Shown here in pieces: positions 29,508 to 45,547 of a DNA stretch of 57,781 nt (position 1 is the stretch's first letter; every line of letters begins with the position of its first letter). Made by a program: the position numbers and the translations under genes. Below the pieces are notes generated by a model. It saw only the letters and a program-made list of their open reading frames with translations. It was not told the origin of the DNA and searched no databases. The DNA is from Eledone cirrhosa (taxonomy: Eukaryota). Location: contig CAXHJY010000332.1 of the NCBI GenBank assembly GCA_964016885.1, positions 1-57,781 on the forward strand, given 5' to 3'.

Positions 29508-31608
29508 GAAAAAAGTTTGTCCTTCATCAGTGATCTTCCAACTATCATAGGCATTTCATCGCTTTAAAGACCATATACCTCCGGTTGGTACGAGCAACGG
29601 CTAAAAAAAGTCGTTGGGACACGTAAATAAAGGGGACGCGAGGGTAAACAAACAAAATGGTGAAGAAAACGATGAAATGCCTATGATAATTGGAAGATCA
29701 CTGATGAAGGACAAACTTTTTTCATATGTAACCCATTTGTAACTCCGCAGCGCCCTTATTATCATATTTACACATATTTGTTCCTCTGCTGCTACACCGT
29801 CTTTTTCGTTCTCTGTATCTTTACCCTTTCTAGCAGTCTCTCTCTCTGTTAGCCTCTTCCTCACCCTTCACTCACTCATTCTCTGTCACTACCTCCCCTC
29901 CTCCTCTTTCTTCCCGTTTGACCTGTGAGTAATTCTTTTCTCTCACATTCTCGGCCAAGCTGGTCGGAATTGTTTCTCTCTCGTCTACGATTTCACAGAA
30001 CTTATGTTTACCGAATTCGCAGATCAGACCCCTTCTTCTTCCCGTTAGACCTGTGCGAAATTCCTTCCTTGCTCACATTTCAACCACGTTTGATGGTCTT
30101 TATTCTCTCGTTCACGATTTCACCGAACTTAAATTCATAGAAATCTGGGACTTGTGTCCTTCTTCCTCACTTTCTGTTGCTTCACCATTTTGTTTGTTTA
30201 CCCTCGCGTCCCCTTTATTTACGTGTCCCAACGACTTTTTTTAGCCGTTGCTCGTACCAACCGGAGGTATATGGTCTTTAAAGCGATGAAATGCCTATGA
30301 CAGTTGGAAGATCACTGATGAAGGACAAACTTTTTTCATATGTAACCCATTTGCAACTCTGCAGCACCCTTATTATCATATTTACACATATTTTTTCCTC
30401 TGCTGCTACACCGTCTTTTTCGTTCTCTGTATCTTTACCCTTTCTAGCAGTCTCTCTCTCTGTTAGCCTCTTCCTCACCCTTCACTCACTCATTCTCTGT
30501 CACTACCTCCCCTCCTCCTCTTTCTTCCCGTTTGACCTGTGAGTAATTCTTTTCTCTCACATTCTCGGCCAAGCTGGTCGGAATTGTTTCTCTCTCGTCT
30601 ACGATTTCACAGAACTTATGTTTACCGAATTCGCAGATCAGACCCCTTCTTCTTCCCGTTAGACCTGTGCGAAATTCCTTCCTTGCTCACATTTCAACCA
30701 CGTTTGATGGTCTTTATTCTCTCGTTCACGATTTCACCGAACTTAAATTCATAGAAATCTGGGACTTGTGTCCTTCTTCCTCACTTTCTGTTGCTTCACC
30801 ATTTTGTTTGTTTACCCTCGCGTCCCCTTTATTTACGTGTCCCAACGACTTTTTTTAGCCGTTGCTCGTACCAACCGGAGGTATATGGTCTTTAAAGCGA
30901 TGAAATGCCTATGACAGTTGGAAGATCACTGATGAAGGACAAACTTTTTTCATATGTAACCCATTTGCAACTCTGCAGCACCCTTATTATCATATTTACA
31001 CATATTTTTTCCTCTGCTGCTACACCGTCTTTTTCGTTCTATGTATCTTTACCCTTTCTAGCAGTCTCTCTCTCTGTTAGCCTCTTCCTCACCCTTCACT
31101 CACTCATTCTCTGCCACTACCTCTCCTCCTCCTCTTTCTTCCCGTTTGACCTGTGAGTAATTCTTTTCTCTCACATTCTCGGCCAAGCTGGTCGGAATTT
31201 TTTCTCTCTCGTCTACGATTTCACAGAACTTATGTTTACCAAATTCGCAGACCAGACCCCTTCTTCCTCCCGTTAGACCTGTGCGAAATTCCTTCCTTGC
31301 TCACATTTCAACCAGGTTTGATGGTCTTTATTCTCTCGTTCACGATTTCACCGAACTTAAATTCATAGAAATCTGGGACTTGTCTCCTTCTTCCTCACTT
31401 TCTGTTGCTTCACCATTTTGTTTGTTTACACTCGCGTCCCCTTTATTTACGTGTCCCAAAGACTTTTTTTAGCCGTTGCTTGCACCAACCGGAGGCATAT
31501 GGTCTTTAAAGCGATGAAATGCCTATGATAGTTGGAAGATCACTGATGAAGGACAAACTTTTTTCATATGTAACCCATTTGCAACTCCGCAGCGCCCTTA
31601 TTATCATA
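29505..31608. repeat. 614-bp tandem repeat (3 units + partial) preceded by an inverted ~160-bp copy of the unit junction
   Basis: CGATGAAATGCCTATGA recurs at 29670, 30284, 30898 and 31512. 29505-29665 is the reverse complement of the unit end and start. TA tracts on both sides. Confidence 0.93.
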
Positions 31609-31871
31609 TATACATATATATGTGTATATGTGTGTATGTGTGTGTATATATATATATGTGTGTATATACGCGTATATATATATATATAAGTTGTAATAAA
31701 ATGAAAACGAAATTTCATTTCTCACTCTTAGTACGGCACTATTACAACTTATCGTTTTCGGTATGCCTGACCGACTTAACTCACTCGATATGCAAATTAG
31801 GCTGCTCAGCCGTTAATTTTCATAAGGAAAGTATATACTTTCGAACGTTCAACTATCTGGCAGAAGGGTAT

Positions 31872-31914
31872 ACGGTGCTGATGATAGCTAAAAAGCTTGA
31901 AACTAGTACATCGT
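31872..31914 (+). ncRNA. Minimal type I hammerhead ribozyme
   Basis: ACGGTG-CTGATGA-T-AGCT-AAAA-AGCT-T-GAAA-CTAG-TA-CATCGT. Palindromic stem III ACTAGT. Lies in an island at ~31688-32047. Confidence 0.78.
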
Positions 31915-32145
31915 TCCTGTGTCAGTGTTGAACAAAAAGGTGACGTGGTTGCCTTAACACCGTACGGCATAAATTCAGGCTGTTCAGTTTGTTTACAAAC
32001 GAACAAAGCGGGCGTTATAATAAGCGTCCGCTAAACTGATACGGGCATATATGTATGTGTACCTGTATGTATATATATATATATATATATATGCATGCTA
32101 CTGTACGTCTGTATACATATATGTATGTACGTATACATACATACT

Positions 32146-32216
<71 letters not shown>

Positions 32217-32459
32217 GTGTATATATATATATGTGTGTATATATGTATGTGTGTGTGTGTGTATATGTGTATATGTGTGTATGTGTGTGTATATATGTAT
32301 GTGTGTATGTATGTATATGTATATGTATGTATGTGTGTGTGTGTATGTGCATGTATATGTATATATATATATATATATGTGTGTATATATATATATATAT
32401 ATGTATATACGTGTGTATATATGGTGTATACTTATATATGTATATGTATATATATATGT

Positions 32460-32490
<31 letters not shown>

Positions 32491-32994
32491 AATTTATATA
32501 TTTATTTTTTTATATATATATATATATGTGTGTATGTGGGTGTGTCTATGGGGTGCGCGCGAGTGTATGAGTGAGTGTGTTTTGTGAATGTGTCTGTTGA
32601 TTTTGGCATATAGTTGAATAGTTTAAGAGAAATTTGACAACAATAGTAAGATATGCACTCAACATTTTGAATTTGTCTACAGAATTCTCTAAACTTGTCA
32701 CTTAGTAAAGAATTTAGCTTTTAAGAATCTCCCTTTCCTTTAAATCTATCTACCATGACTGACCCCCACTGATTTTATAGACACCTGTTAGCTTAATAAG
32801 GATTGGCATGCCATCCTGAACCTGTTTATAGAATTCTTCCTGCCTTTGTTACTCTAAAAATAAAAATAAACTATAGCTTTGTTGATTTAGCTTCTAATGA
32901 ATTCTGTCAACCAATAACCTACACCCATCCCACTTCCCACCCTCTCCTACCACTTGTAGACACCTATATATACCATAATTATTTTTTGATACTC

Positions 32995-33045
32995 AGATGC
33001 CTGATGATTTCTGAAGAATGAAACAGTTCTAGTCCTGTAGAATCT
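32995..33045 (+). ncRNA. Degenerate type I hammerhead
   Basis: AGATGC-CTGATGA-T-TTC-TGAA-GAA-T-GAAA-CAG-TTCTAGTC-CTG-TA-GAATCT. One mismatch in stem I. Directly before a TA tract. Confidence 0.55.
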
Positions 33046-33048
33046 CAT

Positions 33049-34317
<1,269 letters not shown>

Positions 34318-34318
<1 letters not shown>

Positions 34319-36977
34319 TTGCCTCAACAGCATAAAGTGTTTCATCCAAGAGTGTCACCCTGACAACATCTTAATGATGGGGGACTTCAACCTCCCCGGA
34401 GTTGACTGGTCCACAAACACCCTGCCACCAGGTTCTTCTGCCTCAACCTCTGACAGGGAAGCTGTGGAATCGCTTCTTGACTTCATGGATGATTTCTTCC
34501 TATCCCAACTAGTGCTTGAACCAACGAGGTACCACAAAAACGTCCTAGACTTAATTTTCAGCAATCACACTGACAATATCCACAATATTGCAGTGGAGAA
34601 AACTCTACTCTCTGATCATGACATGGTTCTCTGTGATCTGAGATTCCACCGTCCAATATACAAACCCAATGTCATCTCTCCTGTCCATCCGTTTGACGCT
34701 ATGGATTTCCACAATGCAAACTGGGAAGCGATCAGTCATGATCTTGCACATGTCGACTGGTCCTTCACGCACACTCATACACCCACTAACATCAAAAAGT
34801 CCTGGCAGACATTTGTGGACACTGTTACAAACATATGTGCTAAACACACCCCATTAAGAACTATAAACAAATCTAAGAGCAGAATCCCTAGAAATAGAAA
34901 AACGCTCATCAGAAAAATTAAGAGAACGAACAAAAAAATCAACAAGCTGAAATACTGTCAGCAGCAACACATCAACTTGACTGCCATTTCATCACTAGAG
35001 ATTAAAAACATAACCTCCAAAACAACATAATGTCCCTCATCAACAATCAGAGAAGAGCTGAAGAGGCCTGGGCCATTGAGAAGATCAAACTCAATCCCAA
35101 AGTGTTCTTTTCATTTGCAAAAAAACACAAAATCACTGGCTCTACTGTTGGCCCTCTAATTGATGAAAATGGCACTCTTCAAGACAATGCTAAAACCATG
35201 GGTGAGATACTGCAGAAACAATACTGCTCTGTTTTCAGCAATCCTGATATGGCCGATCTGGGCTGTATCGGCGATGTTACTCCCCATTACACCTTATCGG
35301 ACATAACGTTTGGCGCCCCTGATGTCTTGGCGGCAATAAAGGAAATCAAGCATAATTCAGCAGTAGGTCCCGATAGGTTCCCTGCATGTGTCTTGAAGGC
35401 GTATCAACACCAACTTGCTTCTCCTCTTGCCAATCTGTGGCGGAACTCACTGGATGCTGGATATGTGCCAGAAAACCTTCTATCCCAGTCTGTTGTCCCA
35501 GTTTTCAAAAAGGGAAACAAATCCCTTGCCGTGAATTACCGTCCAATCTCACTCACCTCTCATATCATTAAGGTATTTGAGCGAGTGGTGAGATCGCGAA
35601 TGACCCACTTCCTTGAGAGTAACAATATGCTGAACTCCAACCAGCATGGATTCCGTAATGGAAGGGATTGCCTGACGCAACTACTGCATCACTTTGATGA
35701 CATTTTGAGAGCCTTGGGAGAGTGTTCCAACACTGATGTTATCTACCTTGATTTCAGCAAGGCCTTTGACAGGGTTGATCATAACATTCTACTGAGAAAG
35801 CTGTCCAATATTGGTGTCACTGGAAAGCTGCTGCAGTGGATCAAGAGCTTCCTGTCAAACAGAACCCAACATGTTGTAGTTGAGGGAGTCAAATCAAGCC
35901 CAGCCAAAGTCAGTAGTGGAGTCCCACAAGGCACTGTGTTGGGCCCACTTCTCTTCATCATCTATATTAATGACATCACTGACATCATCAAACACAGCAA
36001 CATTAAAATTTTCGCTGATGATTCCAAGCTCCAAAAGGTCATCAATGGCGTGGATGACCGGATAAGCCTTCAGTCAGACCTACTGGCTGTTACCCAATGG
36101 GCAGAAAAGAACAACATGTTACTGAACGAAGACAAATTCGAACTGATCCACTTTGGAAAAGAGGATGCTCTGAAACTCCCGTACTCCCTTCCCTCCGGGG
36201 AAACTCTCGTGGCATCTAACAACATCAGAGACTTGGGAGTAACCGTGGACAGCAACATAAGCTGGACCACGCATATAAGCAGCAAAGTTGACATGGCCCG
36301 CAGAATGTGTTCCTGGATCCTCAGAACCTTCCAGTCGAGAGATTCCCGCACCATTATCCTTCTCTTCTCTACTTTCGCCCGACCACACCTTGAATACTGT
36401 TGTCCACTGTGGTCTCCCCACACGAAACAAAGTATCATGAAACTTGAAGCTCCTCAAAGGGCAATCACGAAAAAGATAGATGGCATGTCAGACATTGACT
36501 ACTGGGGTCGATTGGAAAACCTGAAACTTTACTCACTCCAACGTCGCCGTGAGCGTTATATTATCTGCATGATGTGGAAAATGTTCCATCATCACTGCCC
36601 AAATGATGTTGGCATCGCCTTCAAGATACACCCAAGGCTTGGGCCCCGTGCTATCCGTCCCATTCAAAAATCTAAATCGCAACTCATAACAACAATATGG
36701 CACAATTATTTCACCTCAATCGGCCCTGCTCTCTTCAACATCACACCAGGACACGTCAAAACAGAAACTGACCACACAAAATTCAAGAAGTCTTTGGACA
36801 AATTCCTCCAAGTAATCCCGGACAAACCACCCACACCCGGATATGTCTCCGCAAACAGTAATTCTCTTCTCGAATGGGCCATGGTGCCCAAATCCTGAAT
36901 TGAAAGACTTCGCCAGGTGGTGCTATTAAGTTAGACATGGCCTGGGCCAATACTGGCCAAAACATTTCAAAGTTATT
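34318..36977 (+). mobile_element. CR1-group LINE, 5'-truncated, with a frameshift near 35005
   Basis: APE remnant (GDFNLP, LDLIF, SDH) and RT ORF 35030-36898. The A-run at ~35004 is one base shorter than in the 25030-27336 copy. Confidence 0.9.
35030..36898 (+). pseudogene. CR1-group RT, downstream part of the frameshifted ORF2
   Basis: Near-identical to the 25030-27336 protein. Confidence 0.88.
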
Positions 36978-37046
36978 ACATATATATATATATATATATA
37001 CAGATATATATATACATATATATATACATATATATATATACATATA

Positions 37047-37198
37047 TGTAGATAAATCTACCAAGAGTTTACGGTAGTGTCCAATCCGTATGAAGAACTC
37101 AATGTAGTCCGGATATCATGGAAAGAAGAGATGCAATGAAAAATCACTTTCGGTGAAAGATAAACGGAATACAGAGTCAAGATAAAATATTAAAAAAA
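37047..37198 (-). mobile_element. 3'-terminal fragment of PLE family 3
   Basis: Matches 9343-9494 and 50633-50785. Confidence 0.85.
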
Positions 37199-37224
37199 TA
37201 CATATATATATATATATATATTAC

Positions 37225-37279
<55 letters not shown>

Positions 37280-37328
37280 CATATATATATACACATATAT
37301 ATACATATATATATACACATATATATAC

Positions 37329-37363
<35 letters not shown>

Positions 37364-37377
37364 CATATATATACACA

Positions 37378-37432
<55 letters not shown>

Positions 37433-37498
37433 ACATATATATATATACATATATATACATATATATATATACATATATATATATATACATATATATAG

Positions 37499-37535
<37 letters not shown>

Positions 37536-37592
37536 CATATATATACCTATACATATATATATACATATATATACATATACATATATATATAG

Positions 37593-37653
<61 letters not shown>

Positions 37654-37655
<2 letters not shown>

Positions 37656-38503
37656 GCATAAGATGTACAGAGGGTACTTGCAGAAACATGACAACAACAT
37701 ACATAGGTGAGACAGCTCGTAGCATAGGTGAAAGGATAGACCAACACTGGGGGGAACTAAAAGGAAGAAAAAACGGGTCAGTACTATACGAACATGCTAG
37801 ACAACAACATGACGGTAACATAGACAACATAGAAATTAGAATAATATCTAAACATAGGAATGACCCAGCAGATAGGCAAATCAGAGAGGCCAGTGAAATA
37901 GAAATTAGAAGACCAAAGCTAAACAGAAAGAATGAGTGGAACAACAACAACACCCAAACAAACAACACTGACCTAAGAGAAGTATAAATAAGTAAATAAA
38001 ATAAAATGAAATAAGATAAATAAATACATACACAAGCACATAAACACACACTAGTCACCCACCAGACACAACACTATACACACTAGTCACACATGACACT
38101 ATACACACACGCAAACGCATGCGCAAAGAAGACAAAATAAAATGAGATAAACAAACAAGCAAATAAATAAATAAATATATAGACAGACTGAACAAAAAAA
38201 AATGGCGTAGACATACAACACAACAGGAGGAACAATGAATATAACACCACTGACGATGTTGCAGATGTGCAACGAAAGATTTATGTAAATTATGTAAACT
38301 ATATATATGTGTTTGTGTCTATATTGTATCTGTATTATTGTTGACCGCCGGTCAGTCAATGGCAACATTGAGGACCGAGTAAGTTAGATCGCAGATATAT
38401 ATATATAAAAGACAACGAGAAGCGAAAACCAACCAAACAGTGAGTGTGTTCTGTTATTAATTCTGGCAATATTACGCAAATATGACCCTCCCCAAATATA
38501 AAA
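37654..38503 (+). mobile_element. PLE family 2, 3' fragment: GIY-YIG endonuclease end (to 37987) + 3'UTR/pLTR
   Basis: [31 protein letters not shown]...RQIREASEI...LNRKNEW, homologous to the 45548-48241 C-terminus. Confidence 0.9.
38247..38286 (+). ncRNA. Degenerate hammerhead of PLE family 2
   Basis: CTGACGA-T-GTTGCA-GATG-TGCAAC-GAAA-GATT-TA-TG. Strong stem II, weak stem I. Same UTR position as the 48536 hammerhead. Confidence 0.6.
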
Positions 38504-42163
<3,660 letters not shown>

Positions 42164-42322
42164 ATATTGTTATACTTTGGGAGGGTCATGTTGCCAATAA
42201 GAAACACACGCACCAGTTGCTTTCACTTCAATTTAATTTAATATATATTTATAAATTTACAAATTTATAAATTTCTGGTTGGTTGGTTGGTTCCACAACC
42301 AGATAGTTGTTTATATATATAT

Positions 42323-42367
42323 AGTCATAGTTCTTTCGTCACACACTCTGTGACCTCTTCAGTGACT
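42323..42367 (-). ncRNA. Minimal type I hammerhead of PLE family 1
   Basis: Reverse complement of 48536-48580. Confidence 0.85.
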
Positions 42368-42661
42368 GGGGATTTCTTTCGTTTCTGTGCCTTTCCTTTC
42401 TTCTATCCTACGCCATTTTGTTTGTGTGTGGGTTGCGTGCTCAGTTTGCGCATGCGCCACATCCGGGTGTCTGTGTGTGTTTGTGTTCATTTTTCTATTT
42501 TTCTATTTATATTTGTTTGTTTATTTATTTATTTATTGTTGGTTGGTTGTTTGTTCTATGTGTGTGTGTGTTTTCATTTTGTCTTGTGTGTGTTTTCATT
42601 TTGTGTGTGTTTTCAATTGTAAGTTGTTTGTTCTATGTGTGTGTGTGTTTTCATTTTGTCC

Positions 42662-44965
42662 TTAATTGTAAGTTGTGATGTTGCTGTTCCACTCATATTT
42701 TCTATTTAATTTTGGTTTTAATTCTTTTATGCTTACTGCCTCTGTAATTTGCCTAAACATTGCGTCTTTCTTGTGTGTGGATTCTATTTTTATTTCTATG
42801 CTCTCTAATTTACCCCTGTGTTCTATCTTAGCATGTTGGTAGAGCACAGATGATTCTTTACTATCTTGGAGGTCTCGCCAGTGTTCATTTATTCGTTCCC
42901 CTATACTACGAGCTGTCTCACCTATGTACACTATATTTTTGTTTCTACATTGTCCTTCAGTACATCTTATGCTATATACTACATTTCTAGTTTTACAGTT
43001 AATATGGGGGCTTATTTTACAGGTTATACATTTCTTATCTATACATGAGGGTCTTTGGAACGGGTATGTCTTGCTAATAATACCAGGTCTTTCTACTATC
43101 TTAATATTGAGATTATGTTTCTTTAGGGCCCTTCTAAATTTGTAGGCTAGTTCGCCTCTAGGGGTTGTATTGATGAACATTACACTCTGGTATTTATTGC
43201 TATCATACCATGAGTTTATTCTATTGGCCTTGTTCTTAGTTCTTTCTATTCTATTCCAAAATTTGCTCCTATACAAGGGGCAGGTCCCATTTATGTCATT
43301 ATTTACCATTTTTTCCCATTTGGTTCTGGCTCCTTTATACACTCTGATTCTATCTCTCTGATTGTAGCCAGAGAACTGCATACGGTGGATGAAGTGTTGT
43401 ATGTGTCTCTCTAGTTCTTCGGGGTTGCACATGCGGAACACATTTCTCATCACCCGTATCAAATCCGCAATCAGTATGTTGATTTTGGTATGGTCCGAAA
43501 TGGCCGAGTTTCGGTGGATCAGATGTTTGGAAGTCATGGGTTTGGCATAATGGGAATGGAGGATTTGTTTTTGGTTGTTAATAGTATCTAACCAGAGCTC
43601 TGTGTCTAGTACAGGTAATCGATGGTTGGGGTGTTTACTTGGGTAGTCTATAGTAACTCTAATGCTCTGGTGGATGGAGTTTGCTATTTGCTGGATGCTT
43701 TCCATTGTGTTTTTCTCTGGTTCCTGACTGTTCTTTAGTGGGGGTGTCTTAACTACGATGTTTATATCATCTACGTAGCGGGAGTACATTATCAGGGTTA
43801 ATCTGTCTTCTAATTGTTCTTTAAGTTTTTGTTTAAGTCTACTGTCCCACCATACCATGAACAAGTTAGCTATGTCGCCTGCAATGCTAACACCAATGGC
43901 TGCTCCTTCCTCTTGGGCATATGTTTTACCATTAAATTTGAACATATGTTCCTTAAGGGTTAATTTTATGCTGGCCCCTACCGCATGTGCAATCATTTTC
44001 TTCAGTTCATCGTGGTTTTCGGGTGTCCGTATGGCTCTGGTCCACCCGTTCCATCTATCTGTGTGGGTTTTCTTGGCCATTGAGGTAATGGTAGGTGGTC
44101 TGCCTCTTGCTGGTCTTGTAGGGCACAGGTTGCTAAGGTCATAAGTGTCTAGGTAACTATTACTATGGGTAAGCTTAAGTAGAAGTCCCAGCTCACTGGT
44201 ATCAATCCCACGGAACTCAACCTTGCTCTCGCTGATCATTTCGACGCATTTCTCCACAGCAAAATCCACGTCAATAGATGGATACAGGGACACAACATCC
44301 ATACTGCCTATTATGCAGTTTGTTAGGTCCCCAGATCGGTTACCCGCGCCGATTCTGCTGAGGAGGTCCTCCGTGCTGTCACATACATCTGGGGACATCT
44401 CAATGATGGGGCGTATGATCAGGGAGAGGAAGTAGGACAGTCTGTAGTTACTAGCAATGTTAGCCCCACAGACTGGCCGTGTTGGTGGTCCCGCGACAGG
44501 GTCCCAGCCCGTTTTATGGTCTTTTCGAAGCCCATACAACGCCGGCACGTCATTGTTCCAGGCCTGGAAGTTGTTGGCAGTCCTTTTGTTGGGCTGCATT
44601 ATATTTGTCCACATCACCATATGGGCATTGAGGGTTTTTTCTCTATCCTCATGCTCCTGTGGTGTTACCTCTCTTGTGTTAGTGATGTGGGGTTGCATTG
44701 CCTGGATGTAGTTTGGCAGGCTGTCAACCGACATTCTGCCAGACTTGTCTGTTGGAAAGCATGCTATCTCTCCATTACGCGAGCGCTGCATGAGCTTACG
44801 CAAGCCATTTGCAGATTCTTCTCCCAGTTGCTGGGCCTCTATTCTATTATGCTTCTTGCTATACTGTTCTATAATATTTCTAAGTTCGGATTTAGCTATA
44901 CTAAATTGTGCTTCTGTTTGTTCATCGACCTGCGACGGCAACTGCGTGCGTTTGTTAAATGGCAA
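42662..44965 (-). CDS. Penelope-like RT + GIY-YIG, 767 aa open frame (inverted copy)
   Basis: Same motifs as 45548-48241. TSVKTL is replaced by I. Confidence 0.88.
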   Translation of the reverse strand: MPFNKRTQLPSQVDEQTEAQFSIAKSELRNIIEQYSKKHNRIEAQQLGEESANGLRKLMQRSRNGEIACFPTDKSGRMSVDSLPNYIQAMQPHITNTREVTPQEHEDREKTLNAHMVMWTNIMQPNKRTANNFQAWNNDVPALYGLRKDHKTGWDPVAGPPTRPVCGANIASNYRLSYFLSLIIRPIIEMSPDVCDSTEDLLSRIGAGNRSGDLTNCIIGSMDVVSLYPSIDVDFAVEKCVEMISESKVEFRGIDTSELGLLLKLTHSNSYLDTYDLSNLCPTRPARGRPPTITSMAKKTHTDRWNGWTRAIRTPENHDELKKMIAHAVGASIKLTLKEHMFKFNGKTYAQEEGAAIGVSIAGDIANLFMVWWDSRLKQKLKEQLEDRLTLIMYSRYVDDINIVVKTPPLKNSQEPEKNTMESIQQIANSIHQSIRVTIDYPSKHPNHRLPVLDTELWLDTINNQKQILHSHYAKPMTSKHLIHRNSAISDHTKINILIADLIRVMRNVFRMCNPEELERHIQHFIHRMQFSGYNQRDRIRVYKGARTKWEKMVNNDINGTCPLYRSKFWNRIERTKNKANRINSWYDSNKYQSVMFINTTPRGELAYKFRRALKKHNLNIKIVERPGIISKTYPFQRPSCIDKKCITCKISPHINCKTRNVVYSIRCTEGQCRNKNIVYIGETARSIGERINEHWRDLQDSKESSVLYQHAKIEHRGKLESIEIKIESTHKKDAMFRQITEAVSIKELKPKLNRKYEWNSNITTYN

Positions 44966-45547
44966 TGTATCTGGGTATGTTGCTATTGTTTTTGTTATTG
45001 TTGTTTGTGTCTGTGTGTCTGTTGTTGTTGGGATGTGTGTTGTATATGTGTGTGCGTATATTGTTGCTTTTGTTTTTGTTTTTGATGCTCCAGCGTAGTT
45101 TCGTAAATGATTTTTCTATTTCTGACAGGAAATAGAAAAATCATTTACGAAACTAGAAAAATCATTTACGAAACTACGCTGGAGCATCAAAAACAAAAAC
45201 AAAAGCAACAATATACGCACACACATATACAACACACATCCCAACAACAACAGACACACAGACACAAACAACAATAACAACAACAATAGCAACATACCCA
45301 GATACAACACCAACAATAGCAACATACCCAGATACAACAGACACGCAGACACAAACAACAATAACAACACACACGGAGACAACAATAACAACAACACACA
45401 CATCAACAACAACAACAGCAACATACCCAGATACAACAACAACAGACACGCAAACACAAACAACAATAACAACACACACACACACACGGAGACAACAACA
45501 CACATCAACAACAACACACATCAACAACAACAACACACACACATTCA

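Larger units (their letters stand above)
42164..45122 (-). mobile_element. PLE family 1, inverted arm
   Basis: Reverse complement of 45129-48738, with a ~615-bp deletion (junction ~44966) and a 15-bp deletion (~43080). Confidence 0.95.

Noticed and set aside
29601-31472. 60-90 aa ORFs in the 614-bp repeat
   Set aside because: Low-complexity CT/GA-rich translations with no recognisable motifs.
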